DNA of 64,000 nt from Sedimentisphaerales bacterium. Lineage in GTDB: Bacteria; Planctomycetota; Phycisphaerae; Sedimentisphaerales; Anaerobacaceae. The stretch spans positions 6,720,001-6,784,000 of the forward strand of contig OY970194.1 in assembly GCA_963708075.1 (NCBI GenBank). The letters are read 5' to 3'. This document shows, one piece after another, positions 50,642 to 61,176 of the stretch; the stretch's first letter is position 1; every line of letters begins with the position of its first letter. Under the pieces are notes generated by a model. The model was not told the DNA's origin, searched no databases, and worked only from the letters and a program-made list of their open reading frames with translations. A program made the translations under genes and the position numbers.

Positions 50642-52217
50642 TGTGCCTGTCAAGCGGGCGTCGGACCGCCTTGCGTCGACGAAACTCGGCATCAGAACGC
50701 GTTCCGGAGATGGCGTGTGTGGAGACCGGAGTGGGATGGGGGCAGGGGGGCGAGTGGGTTCGGCGTACCGGGGAAGGGCAATCAGGACGCGTCATTCGAG
50801 CCATTGGCAGACTCTGGGCGTGGCAAGAGTGCGAAAGCCAGGGAACAGCAACTACGCCGCGTTCTTCAGGCGGTACGCGGTGAGTCGGGTCTCGATGAAC
50901 ACGTGACGTTCGATATTGGAGGGCACAGTCTTCGCATTGCGCTTCGGCATCTCGGGCTTATGGCTGTAATAGAGGTCATCTGGGCGGCAACCCTCCAGAG
51001 TCATATGCGGTCGCCACGTGTTATACCAGCTTTCGAATTCGATGCACAGGGACGTGAGGTGGTCGAATCCCTTGATGAGGGGCACGCAACGCAGCCACTC
51101 GTATTTGAGGGTCTTGATGACCCGCTCAGTTACGGCGATAGACCCGTGTTTGCCCACGGCTCCCAAACGAGGCTTGATGTTCCATTGTTCCAAGAGTTCG
51201 GCAAAAGCATCTCCGGTGAAGACACTGGCTTGGTCGGAGATGATGTGCTTCGGTGCCCCATGCTTTTGCATAGCCAGCTCCAGGGCCTCGATGATCCAGC
51301 CGGCGTTGGGGCCTTCCACAGGAGCGACGCACATGACCTTGCGGGAGAAATGGTCGATAGCCACGCACACGTGAATAGGCCACAGGCCCCAACGCAGGAC
51401 CTTCGTGGTATCGACCGACCAGACGTGATTGGGATGCGAGGCCGGAATAGCACGAGATTCAGCTTTCTCTACGTTCTCAGCAGGGGCTGCCGTTGTGGGG
51501 AGCTTGCGAGGTTTCGGCCTCTGCAGGATGTTTCGCACGCTGGAGGCGGAGAGGAAGATGCCGAGCAGTTTCAGCTGGTTGGCGATGCGGATCCGGCCCC
51601 AACTGAGGTTGGCCTTGGTGATCTCCCAGACGAGCGCGGCGATCTCTGCTGGGGTCTTGTTGACTGGACTGCTGGAGGATTTCTGGTCTTCGATCTGGTG
51701 CAGCCAGCGGTAGAGCGTGGATCGGGCGATGCCGAAATACCGGGAGACTCTGCGTCTGGGGATCTGGAAGGCCTCCACGTGCCAGAGGATAAGGAGTCTT
51801 TCACGAACGGCGTATCGTGGGCTCTTGCCCTTCCGGTTGACGTGCTTCTGCAGGATCGACACCTACATTTCGAGCTGGTAGATCCGGTCTTTGAGAAAGA
51901 GGATTTCCTTGGCTTTGGCATCAGTATCCTTGGCCGCCAATCGTTTGAGGCTTTGCCTGCGAACCCGCCCCGAGAATCGAGCGGCCAGCAGGGCGGCTCG
52001 GATGAGCAGTGAGATAGCGGCATTAATAATGTCAAGATTCTCTGCCATGCCACCTCCTCCAAGGCTCCACAAAACGATGCCAGCGAAGCGAATTGGAGTG
52101 ACAGTATAGCCTTCGACGGGGGCAGAAAGCCAGCCAGAAGGCAGGGTGCCTAAGTGTTGGTCATGCAAAGGGATAGGTACGTATCCAGAATGGTCCCGCC
52201 GGCGCTTGACAGGTACA
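50642..52217 (-). mobile_element. IS-like element (IS481-like ends) carrying an integrase-core gene
   Basis: 15-bp IR TGT(G/A)CCTGTCAAGCG at 50642-50656 and 52203-52217; no target duplication seen. Confidence 0.55.
50852..52048 (-). pseudogene. HTH plus rve-type DDE transposase with an in-frame TAG at 51863-51865
   Basis: FGIARSTLYRW HTH; WSVD, ISDQ, TERVIKTLKYE; both ORF parts share one frame. Confidence 0.8.
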
Positions 52218-52410
52218 GGCAGACCTGACATCAGAGCGGTGAATTCTGCCCGCCGTCCTTCATTGATCATAGCAAGGAATCGGTTATGGCTGGTTTCACC
52301 CGATTCTTGACATTGTGGCCGTGTTCAAGACGGATGCAATGTTCAGGGATAGGAATTGACTTATGGCGAGGAGTCCTCTTGTGTGCACGCTATTGTCAGT
52401 TTCTGTCCAC

Positions 52411-52749
52411 TCACAGAGCCAAGTGTAACCAGTTGTTTCTTGCTATCTGCCCTTCAGAAAGAGCAGTACTTCCGACTCCAGTGACTGCCGTGGTGAGGCC
52501 TGCCACTGGCGGCAGTCCGCAGAACGCTTCTACTACTCCAATTGGAAGCGAAAGATAAGTGCACCAACGGCTAACGCCCCCCAGTTTCAAGCCACGTCTC
52601 AAATCCCTACTCGCTTTATTGATGGCCTGTACTGCACGGGCTGCCGCTTTCTCTCTACTTTCCCGCAAGGACTCCTCGACTTCGCTAACCACATCTCGCA
52701 GCGCTCGAATCGCTCCCTCACGTTTTTCCTTCAATCTGAAAACATCATC
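52411..52749 (-). pseudogene. C-terminal fragment of an unknown protein, interrupted by IS630
   Basis: Removing the IS restores ...YIENLLDDVFRLKEKRE..., but a stop lies ~13 codons upstream of the insertion site. Confidence 0.5.
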
Positions 52750-53899
52750 TAAGTAGGTAGCCAAAAGTTTTCACAGGAACGATTCTCTTCGCGTGTATGA
52801 TGGGGTACATGCGAAGAACGAAGAGCGCCTCAGAACGTGGTTTCGATCGATATGATAAACATCGTCTTACGCGGGCCTTACAGGGGGTCGCTGACATTCG
52901 CACCTACCGGCGTATCGAAGCGATCCTGTTGGTGGCCCAGGGTCGGACGGTTCCGGAAGCAGCGCAGATCACCGGGACCCGGCCGTGGAGCGTCTATCGC
53001 TGGGTGCGGGCCTATCTGCACACCCATTGTCCAGACCGCCTGCAGGACGCACCGCGTTCCGGACGGCCTCCGGTCGCCACGCCGATCACGGACGCCCGTC
53101 TGGTACGCGAGTTCCGCCGGGACCCGATGCGTTTGGGCTATCGCGCCACGGGTTGGACGGTGTCCTTGCTGGCAGATCACCTCCAGCAAAGGTACGGGTG
53201 TGCAATCTCGCCTCGTACCCTGCGGCGGCGGATGCGGGACTTGGATCTGCGGTGGAAACGTCCCCGGTATGTCTATGCGACCAAGGACCCGAACCGAGCC
53301 CAGAAAAAGGGGGCCTGGTTCGCCGCCTGAAACGGATGCCGGCGCTGGCGGTGCTGTTGTTTTCGGATGCGACCATCCTCCGCTGGTTTCCGCCCTTGCG
53401 CTATGTGTGGGCGTTTCGCGGCGAACAGGCGCAGGTCAAGATCACGGGTCAAAACGACAAACGGGTTCTGTTCGGCACGATCAATCCACGAACCGGACAC
53501 CGGGTGGTCCTGCGTCGGCCCCGCCAGCGGCAAGAGGACTTTCAAGCCTTCCTGCGGGAGTTGCGGCGACGGTATCCCGGACGCCCGATTTGGCTGTTGC
53601 TGGACAAGGCCTCTTTTCATCAGGCGATCAAAAGCCAACGACTGGCCACCCACTTGGAGGTGACCCTCTTGTGGTTGCCGAAGCAGTGCCCGGAACTGAA
53701 CTCTCAGGATCATCTCTGGAAGGAGTTGAAACGGTTGATTGCGGCCAATCGCCAGTTCCAAACGATTGATGATGAGGCGGCCTACGCGGAACAGTGGCTC
53801 TTGGGACTAACTGCGACCCAGGGCCTCCGCAAAGCCGGTGTCTTGTCGGCGGATTTCTGGCTCAAGGCTTTTGTGTGAAGACTTTTGGCTACCTACTTA
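52750..53899 (+). mobile_element. IS630-family insertion sequence (coordinates include both TA copies)
   Basis: Inverted ends TAAGTAGGTAGCCAAAAGT(T/C)TTCACA with one mismatch; reconstructed empty site CTAG. Confidence 0.92.
52797..53878 (+). CDS. IS630 transposase in two ORFs joined by a probable programmed -1 frameshift
   Basis: HTH ORF 52797-53330; AAAAAGGGGG at 53304-53313; catalytic ORF with FSD, LDKASFH, LPKQCPELN. Confidence 0.88.
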
Positions 53900-54471
53900 G
53901 CAGATTCTCTATGTATTGCCCATACGAGCCGAGTAGTCAATCCGCCAGGGCCCCCACGTCCCTTCTGAGCCCATGCCAACATGGCGTGCCTGCCAGTTGG
54001 TACTCTAAGCCATGGGCTATGATCATTCATCCGGCTGGCTGCGGCCATGTGGGGTTCAGTGAAGCCGGCCCCCTACCTGGCAGGGATTTGTAGGTTGACA
54101 ACCCCGGGACCTGCTACGGTCTTTTCTGGGCGTTGCTGTCGACCATATCCTGTTCCGCCCGTGATTCCGCTCACTTGCTGAAGCTTGATGTAAGGGCCGA
54201 CCATCGACATTTGCTCCGACAGCTTTGATTCCTTGCAGAAGATGCCCTCTGTACTTGCGACCGAGAATGCGTAATTTGCTGATTGTCCGGTTGCTGCCTC
54301 TGCAATACAGTTGACTCAAAGGGATAGGCGAGAGGTTGCGTCTCTCGCCGCCTGCAGACCGACCTGTCCAGTAACCATTTGCGTACGATCTTCCCGAAGA
54401 CGCTCGAGCACAGACAAGGTGTGGGACTATAGATCACGACTTCATGCGCATCTATTTCAGGAGGTTTTGAG

Positions 54472-57228
54472 ATGTCTGCACTACCGCTACTACCCAGCAA
54501 ATCGCTCACAATACTCCATATTTCCGATCTGCACTTGCGTACCCGAGATCTCAAGGAAGCAAGTCTCTGGAAGAGACTGTGGAAGCGGTTGTTCACTAGG
54601 CTCACTCCCGAAGAGAACGGCTGGAAGAAACTGTGCAAATCGCCCATACTCAAGGAGGCTAATCTTTGCGTGATCAGCGGCGACCTCCCTCGCCGCTCAC
54701 CAGCAAAAAGACTATACCGGGCCTTGCGAAAGGAGTTGGATGCACAGTTTCCTTGCCTCAACGGAAGACGACACTGGATTGCCGTTCCCGGGAACCATGA
54801 CCGAAGATTCCTGGGGAACTTCATTCTGGGTGAGCGCACCTTCGAGCAAGGTCTGGACATGAATTGGAAGCAGCCGTGGTGGGATCCAGATTATCCATGC
54901 ATAGTGATCCCACTGGACTCAAATCCCCGAAAGGCCGGCCTGCTGAGAACCAAGCTCGCTCTGGCACGTGGCGTGCTTGGGGATGAGTGTGACCGAATAG
55001 GCATTGAATTCCAGAATGTAAGGGAATCAGTTAAGAAGCATTTCTTTGAAGTCTTGTCTGAGAAGCCCGCCAAAGAAGTCGCATCCTATGCGATGAACCT
55101 TCGCGCGGCCTTCAATGTCGACGAAATTGAGAAACTCCGGCGTGTCGCCTACCCCAAGGTGAGAGAGCCACCCTATGAGGGTTTGGCGTCCAAATTGATC
55201 GACCGTACGGCAGAGGTTCTGGCATGTCTCTACATGGCGTGCGCCGTCAGGTGCGTCGTCTTTCATCATCACCCAATAGGCGTGCGAAGCGATGACAACA
55301 TCAGCATTTTCCATCAGGACACTTATCTGCTGCTAATCGACTCAGGAGCCTTTCTGGAGTCGGCCCGGGAGAACCAAATCAGCCTGGTTCTACATGGCCA
55401 CAAACATGTCCCGCATCGGATCGCAGTCCATCTGCCGGAGCAAGATATTGAAGAGGTGGGCATCGTGGGTGCGGGTAGCTCGACACGGAGGTCAAAGCAG
55501 GCAAGCGCAACAGCCAATGTGATCGGCGTTAATGAGGCGGGTGAGGTAGATGTCAAGTTGTTTGACCCTTGGGCCAATGACTGGTCCCGCCAACCGTCGC
55601 CGGTGCACCTGCGGAAGTGGTCGGAAGTTCGTAAGCATCTCAACGCAGAAGCAAATGACTGCGCTCGGTTCTCGTCGAAGGATACTCAGGTTGATGTGAG
55701 CATGCTCCCTTATGGCGATGCGATCATGACGGTAGAAGAGCATGGCTTATCGGTCAATCCAAAACTAGGTCAGGGAGCGCCAGCCATCTTCGAAATCCCG
55801 ATTAGTTACAAATCCACTACCCAGATCGGACCCGTGCAAGTAACATGCCAGATAGAGAAGCAGGGTTCTCAATGGCAACAGGTTGTCTTTCATTGCCATC
55901 AAGAGCCTGGCTATGGGCCTGGCGAGTGGCACGGGTTAGTAAGAATAGAACCAACGGCTCCTGAGCAGACAACTTCATTCACTTTAACAACACGCTTCAT
56001 CGCGTTCACCACGTTCGCGATGAATTCTTGGCAAGCGAGTTTTATGTACGCGAACAGGGATGTTCCACATAAGGAACACTGGTACTGGCGTTGCGGAATC
56101 CCAGTTAGGAAGCAACTCTTTGTCGCTCTTGAAACTACAGGCAACAGAGCCCTCGCGCCCACCTTCGAGAATCTGTATTCCAGATACTACAGGATTGACG
56201 GCTATGTTGACCAGAAAGAGCGTGACGAGATAATTATGGATCGAGCCGCGTCCAGCCAACGTGTCGCATTCACGGTACCGACACCGCTTTGGGGCTCCGA
56301 ATACGGTATCGGCTGGGAATGGGGAAATCAATCGCCTGCGACGTGGCAGAACACTCCTGTTTTTACAGGTCTTCGAGAGCAACTCGATGTCGAGGCGCGT
56401 GAGGCTCGATCATGTGCTACCTCGCTACTACGGTTGATGTTAACAAACGCCCTCCGAGAAATAGGCAAAGAACTGGAAGCTACGCTCTATGTTTTGACAC
56501 GGCCCAGTGGTGACGATCCGGGTAAGCTGATTCAAATAGCATGGAACCAACTTGTGGAGCGATCCACAGCCCGCGGGTTCGAGATGAACTTTGGAGCCGG
56601 AGTGGCGGGTAGGGCGGCATCACTGCAAAAGACCGTGGCATGGGTTCAACAGAACTCTGGCGCGACGGCTGAGGACAGATTGGTTGATTTTTATCTTCCC
56701 GAGGCAGAACGCAGCGGACATACGGGAATCCTGGCGGTTCCAATTCCACGTAGTCAGCCTTTAGTGATTCTTTCCATTGCCAGCACACAGGAGGACGACG
56801 CCTTCTCGTGCACGCTACGGCGGATTCTTGGGTGGGGAGGGCGGACGCAAATGAAAGACTATCCCAGATTTTCCGATTGGATTGGTCGGTTGTACCAGAG
56901 GATCAATGGTGTACTCATGCAGGCGCAGTCCAATCTCAGCGGTGAGGGTGCAATGCCCAAGCTAGATCGCATTCCGCTAAACCCCGCGTTCGATGATGTG
57001 GATGAGCAAGAAGTCGTTATCGCCGAGGCCGAACAAACCGAGAATGGACAATGGGATGATGCAATACGCTCAATAAATCCGGACAAGATCCAACGATCCT
57101 TAGAGAGGTTTGAGATCGCCCTTCCCCTGAAGATGGGGAGTGGACGCTCCTCCAAGGCACAGCAGAGGATTTCCCGATGGGTACCTAATCCCGGTAAAAA
57201 GAGTAAATCAACGAGACAAAAGAAATGA
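54472..57228 (+). CDS. 918-aa calcineurin-like metallophosphoesterase with an unknown beta-rich middle domain and a GAF-like C-terminal domain
   Basis: HISDLH, SGD, PGNHD, FHHHP, LHGHKH; GAGVAGRA...ILAVPI...ILSIAS; AGGAGG RBS. Confidence 0.8.
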   Translation: MSALPLLPSKSLTILHISDLHLRTRDLKEASLWKRLWKRLFTRLTPEENGWKKLCKSPILKEANLCVISGDLPRRSPAKRLYRALRKELDAQFPCLNGRRHWIAVPGNHDRRFLGNFILGERTFEQGLDMNWKQPWWDPDYPCIVIPLDSNPRKAGLLRTKLALARGVLGDECDRIGIEFQNVRESVKKHFFEVLSEKPAKEVASYAMNLRAAFNVDEIEKLRRVAYPKVREPPYEGLASKLIDRTAEVLACLYMACAVRCVVFHHHPIGVRSDDNISIFHQDTYLLLIDSGAFLESARENQISLVLHGHKHVPHRIAVHLPEQDIEEVGIVGAGSSTRRSKQASATANVIGVNEAGEVDVKLFDPWANDWSRQPSPVHLRKWSEVRKHLNAEANDCARFSSKDTQVDVSMLPYGDAIMTVEEHGLSVNPKLGQGAPAIFEIPISYKSTTQIGPVQVTCQIEKQGSQWQQVVFHCHQEPGYGPGEWHGLVRIEPTAPEQTTSFTLTTRFIAFTTFAMNSWQASFMYANRDVPHKEHWYWRCGIPVRKQLFVALETTGNRALAPTFENLYSRYYRIDGYVDQKERDEIIMDRAASSQRVAFTVPTPLWGSEYGIGWEWGNQSPATWQNTPVFTGLREQLDVEAREARSCATSLLRLMLTNALREIGKELEATLYVLTRPSGDDPGKLIQIAWNQLVERSTARGFEMNFGAGVAGRAASLQKTVAWVQQNSGATAEDRLVDFYLPEAERSGHTGILAVPIPRSQPLVILSIASTQEDDAFSCTLRRILGWGGRTQMKDYPRFSDWIGRLYQRINGVLMQAQSNLSGEGAMPKLDRIPLNPAFDDVDEQEVVIAEAEQTENGQWDDAIRSINPDKIQRSLERFEIALPLKMGSGRSSKAQQRISRWVPNPGKKSKSTRQKK

Positions 57229-57733
57229 AGGCAGACCCGTGGTTGCGGGCTATTCGGAGAGGCTCGCTGGATGGATGTGTCTGATGAGCCATTAGACGCT
57301 GGTCCGCCATCGCTGATGCGGCTGATAGTTTCTCGTCCGCCGTTACCCGCCCAAGCTACTGTGAGAACACCGTCTGCAGATTGGCGGGGTGCAGAGTACG
57401 ATCTCGACTCCGACTTCTGACGGTCGAATATAGCCCTCGGCGTGGTCAGGAAAGTATCTCCTTTGCCTTCCGTTGGCCCATAACCATATACATAGCTACT
57501 TCGGTACCCCCTGGTCTTCACCACACGGAAGCGTCTTCGGCGACACACTTCGGGAGACGAGTTCGTCTGACATTCCTTCACTGGCCTTGCTCCACTACGT
57601 CAGGCAGGACCACACGGAGCCCTCGGGGCACCCAAACCCACACGATGACAGGTGCATTCCAAGTAGTGCGGAATACCGTCCAGCGGGGGCGGCAAATCCG
57701 TTGCCATGGATACTGACTATGAACACCCTTTCG

Positions 57734-58585
57734 GGTAAGACGATGCTCGCCCAGCGATTGGCGACAATTCTGCCCCCGCTGAGTCTGGAGGAGTCATTGG
57801 AAACCACGCGCATCTATTCGGCCGTGGGACTTCTGAAGAAGGATCAGGCATTGCTGGCCACGCGGCCGGTTCGTGCGCCGCACCATTCGGCGAGCGGCCC
57901 GGCTCTCATCGGCGGCGGGTCTTCGCCCCGGCCGGGAGAACTCTCGCTGGCCCACTTCGGGATTCTCTTCCTCGATGAATTCGTCGAGTTTCCCCGGCAC
58001 GTGCTGGAGATGATCCGCCAGCCGCTTGAGGACGGCTACGTCGTCGTCTCCCGCGCCAAGAAGACGATTCACTTCCCCGCCCAGTTCATGCTCGTGGCGG
58101 CCATGAATCCCTGTCCATGCGGATACTTCGGGAGCAATCTTCGGGCCTGCAAGTGCGCGCCGGGACAGATCGCCCGCTATCTGGCCAAGGTGTCCGGGCC
58201 GCTCGTGGACAGGATCGACATTCACATCGACGTTCCCGCCGTAGCCTTCAGCAAGCTGCGGTCCAAAACGCGCCAGATCGACTCCGAGACGTTGCGGGCG
58301 ACCGTCACGGCAGCCAGGCAGGTGCAGAAACGACGCTTTGGCGGAAGCAAAATCCTGACCAACGCGCACATGACGCACAAACAGTTGGAGCAATTCTGCC
58401 AGCTCGATTCCGGGGGTGAGCTGCTGCTCAAGGAGGCTGTGCTGGAACTGGGTCTCGACGCACGTGCCCATGACAAGATCTGCAAGGTGGCACGGACCAT
58501 TGCCGACCTGGATGGCAGCGAGAACATTCGCGCCGAGCACGTCGCGGAGGCCATCGGCTACCGCAGACTCGACCGGAAGCTCTGA
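57734..58585 (+). pseudogene. comM: 5'-truncated comM (repeat copy 2), open frame, in-frame ATG at 57719
   Basis: Begins at the Walker-A GKT codons; three amino-acid differences from copy 1 by manual comparison. Confidence 0.9.
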
Positions 58586-58602
58586 TCCTGGCTGCTGGTC
58601 TT

Positions 58603-59034
58603 TCAGCCGGCGCGTTGGAGTCTCGCGCAGGCTTCATCAATCACATGGGAGTAGACCTGCTGGTAGCGAGGGGGGCGTCCCTCGGCGAGTTTCTGCCTGG
58701 CCTCCTCCGGCGAGAACCAAGTCGGGTCTCGTCCGGGCTCGGGTGCGTCGGATTCCGATTCCACGTGCAGGAGAAAAGCGGCGACTGTCAGTTCCACACG
58801 TCGGCCATCCGGTTTACGCTTCTCGTGAGGGAAGATAATGAGTGGTTCCGACACGACGGTGCCGCGTACGCCAGCCTCCTCAAGAGCCTCCCGCTGCGCC
58901 GTTATCCACGGCTCCTCACCTGCTTCAATATGGCCCTTTGGAAACACCCAACGTCCACCCTTGGTGGTCCGCACGAGCTTGAACTCCACCGATCCACGTG
59001 TGCGGCGGTAGCAGATAGCGGCTGCCTGGTTCAT
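58603..59034 (-). CDS. NUDIX hydrolase
   Basis: WVFPKGHIEAGEEPWITAQREALEEAG Nudix box. Confidence 0.9.
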   Translation of the reverse strand: MNQAAAICYRRTRGSVEFKLVRTTKGGRWVFPKGHIEAGEEPWITAQREALEEAGVRGTVVSEPLIIFPHEKRKPDGRRVELTVAAFLLHVESESDAPEPGRDPTWFSPEEARQKLAEGRPPRYQQVYSHVIDEACARLQRAG

Positions 59035-59077
59035 GGGCTTACCGGATTCGCCACGAACAGCCATCGTGCGGGAACCC

Positions 59078-59539
59078 TTACTTGCCGAGCCTGATTTTGA
59101 ACACAACCTTGTGGACGGAGGCGGGGCAGGTGATCTGGCAGGAGGGCAGGTGGGCGTCGTGCGGGTAGAGGAGGCAGAAGAGTCCCGGCTCAAGCCTGGT
59201 CTGGGCGATGATCGTGCCCACGCGGTAGAACATGATGTCCTTCTGCTCGTCATACGGCTCGACGATTTCGAGACCCGTCGTCGGCGAGTACCCCAGCAAT
59301 TCCTGCCCACCCAGCAAGACCTGGATGTCGATGTACTTCTTGTGCGATTCGAACCTGCCCTGGTCAATCGGCTTGGTCGTATAGTGCTGCACGATGTAGT
59401 ACACATCGTCACCATCGACGCTGTACCGGCCGTCGGGCTTCTGCACAAGCCCCGGCTCCGCAAGGACGGCAAAGGCCCTCTCGAATCCCTTGTGCAGCGG
59501 AAAATAGAGACGCCCATTTTCGATTCGATCAACAATCAT
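59078..59539 (-). CDS. YhcH/YjgK/YiaL family protein
   Basis: FESHKKYIDIQ, YDEQKDI.F, YPHDAHLP, KVVFKI. Confidence 0.9.
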   Translation of the reverse strand: MIVDRIENGRLYFPLHKGFERAFAVLAEPGLVQKPDGRYSVDGDDVYYIVQHYTTKPIDQGRFESHKKYIDIQVLLGGQELLGYSPTTGLEIVEPYDEQKDIMFYRVGTIIAQTRLEPGLFCLLYPHDAHLPSCQITCPASVHKVVFKIRLGK

Positions 59540-59578
59540 CGTTCATAGCTCCATCTTCTACGCCAAGAAAAGAATTGG

Positions 59579-59652
59579 GCCACAGAGGACACGAAGAGCA
59601 CAGAGATTGGCGAGTGAATCGTTCTCTCTGTGTCCTCTGTGCACTCTGTGGC
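59579..59652. repeat. Inverted 9-bp-period element (GCCACAGAG...CTCTGTGGC), MITE-like
   Basis: Three CACAGAG-type units face three CTCTGTG units. Confidence 0.7.
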
Positions 59653-59695
59653 AAGAGACTCATTTGAGTTCTTTCGTCTCTTTCGGCTGTCTGTC

Positions 59696-61176
59696 TCACA
59701 GGTCCAGCTTGTCGCACAGGTAGGTGCGGAGCTGGCTGGTGGCGATGCGGACCTGGTCCATGGAGTCGCGCTCGCGGACGGTGACGGTCTGGTCCTGGAG
59801 GGTCTGGCCGTCGACGGTGATGCAGAATGGCGTGCCGGCCTCGTCCTGGCGGCGATAGCGCCGGCCGACCGCGCCCTTCTCGTCATAGAAGCAGTTGAAT
59901 CGCTTCTTCAGGTCGTCGTAGATGTTGCGGGCGATCTCCGGCATACCTTCCTTCTTGACCAGCGGGAAGATGGCGGCCTTGATCGGGGCCAGGGTCGGGT
60001 GGAATCGCAGCAGGTTGCGCGTCTCGCCGCGGACCTCTTCCTCGTCGTAGGCGTCCACCAGGAAGGCCAGCGTGCTTCGATCCATGCCAGCGCTGGGCTC
60101 GATCACATAGGGGATGTAGCGCGCCTTCTTCTCGTCGTCGAAGTAGGACAGCGGGCCGGACTGGTAATCCTCGGCCTCGTCGGCAAGCTGGACCTTCGTC
60201 AGGTCCCGGCCGTTTTCGTAGCCACCTGCTGACGGTCCGCATGCCTCGCTGATGCTGGCGAAGATCGTAGTCGGTGCGGTTGGCGATGCCTTCCAGCTCC
60301 TGCCAGTCGCCGCTGCCGAACGGGAACCGGTACTCGACGTCCACACACGCCTTGGCGTAGTGGGCCAGCTCGTCCTTGTCGTGGTCGCGGAACCGCAGAT
60401 TCTCCTTCCTGAGTGCCCAGGTTCAGGTACCAGTTGCACCGCTGCTCCTTCCAGTGCTCATACCAGTGATCGTCGGTGCCGGGCTCGCAGAAGAACTCCA
60501 GCTCCGCCTGCTCGAACTCGCGGGTACGGAAGATGAAGGCCTTTGTGGTCACCTCGTTGCGGAAGCTCTTGCCGATCTGGGCGATGCCGAAAGGGATTTT
60601 GACCCGGGTCGTGTCCATCACGTTGCGGAAATTCGCAAAGATGCCCTGGGCGGTTTCCGGCCGCAGGTACACGATCATCGAGTCCTCGACGTTGGCGCCC
60701 ATCTGGGTCTCGAACATGAGCTTGAAGGGCATGGGGGCGGTGAACTGTCCGACGGCTCCGCAGTTCGGGCAGACCTTGTTGCTCAGGTCGTGCGGTTCGG
60801 CCTCAACCGTGTTGATGTTCACGTGTTCCGTATGCTCCTCGGCCTTTTTGGTGTTGGCGTCCTCCAGGTGGTCCACGCGCGTCCGCGTGTTGCACTTCTT
60901 GCACTCGGAGACGAGGTCGGCGAACTTGTCGGCGTGGCCGGAAGCCTTCCAGACCAGCGGGTGCATGAAAATACTCGCATCGAGGCCAACCACGTCGTCG
61001 CGCATCTGGACGACGTTCTTCCACCAGGCCCGTTTGACGTTGTTCTTCAGCTCGACGCCGAGCGGGCCGTAATCGTAGCAACTCGCCAGACCGCCGTAGA
61101 TTTCGCTGGACTGGAATATGAACCCGCGTCTCTTGCACAGAGAGACGATATCATCAAGCTTCGTCAGTTTTGCCAT
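59696..61176 (-). CDS. glyQS: Glycine--tRNA ligase, homodimeric type (two apparent frameshifts near 60415 and 60220)
   Basis: [72 protein letters not shown]. Confidence 0.92.

Larger units (their letters stand above)
15522..57733. mobile_element. Putative comM-associated genomic island (no recombinase gene seen)
   Basis: Flanked by the comM 3' direct repeat; mosaic content with IS elements, gene fragments and AT-richer patches. Confidence 0.55.

Noticed and set aside
50852..52048. The rve integrase as the island's site-specific recombinase
   Set aside because: It is a DDE transposase inside its own short inverted repeats, not a serine or tyrosine recombinase.
56859..57581. Minus-strand ORF near the right junction as a recombinase remnant
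   Set aside because: It has no serine- or tyrosine-recombinase motif and half overlaps the phosphoesterase gene.
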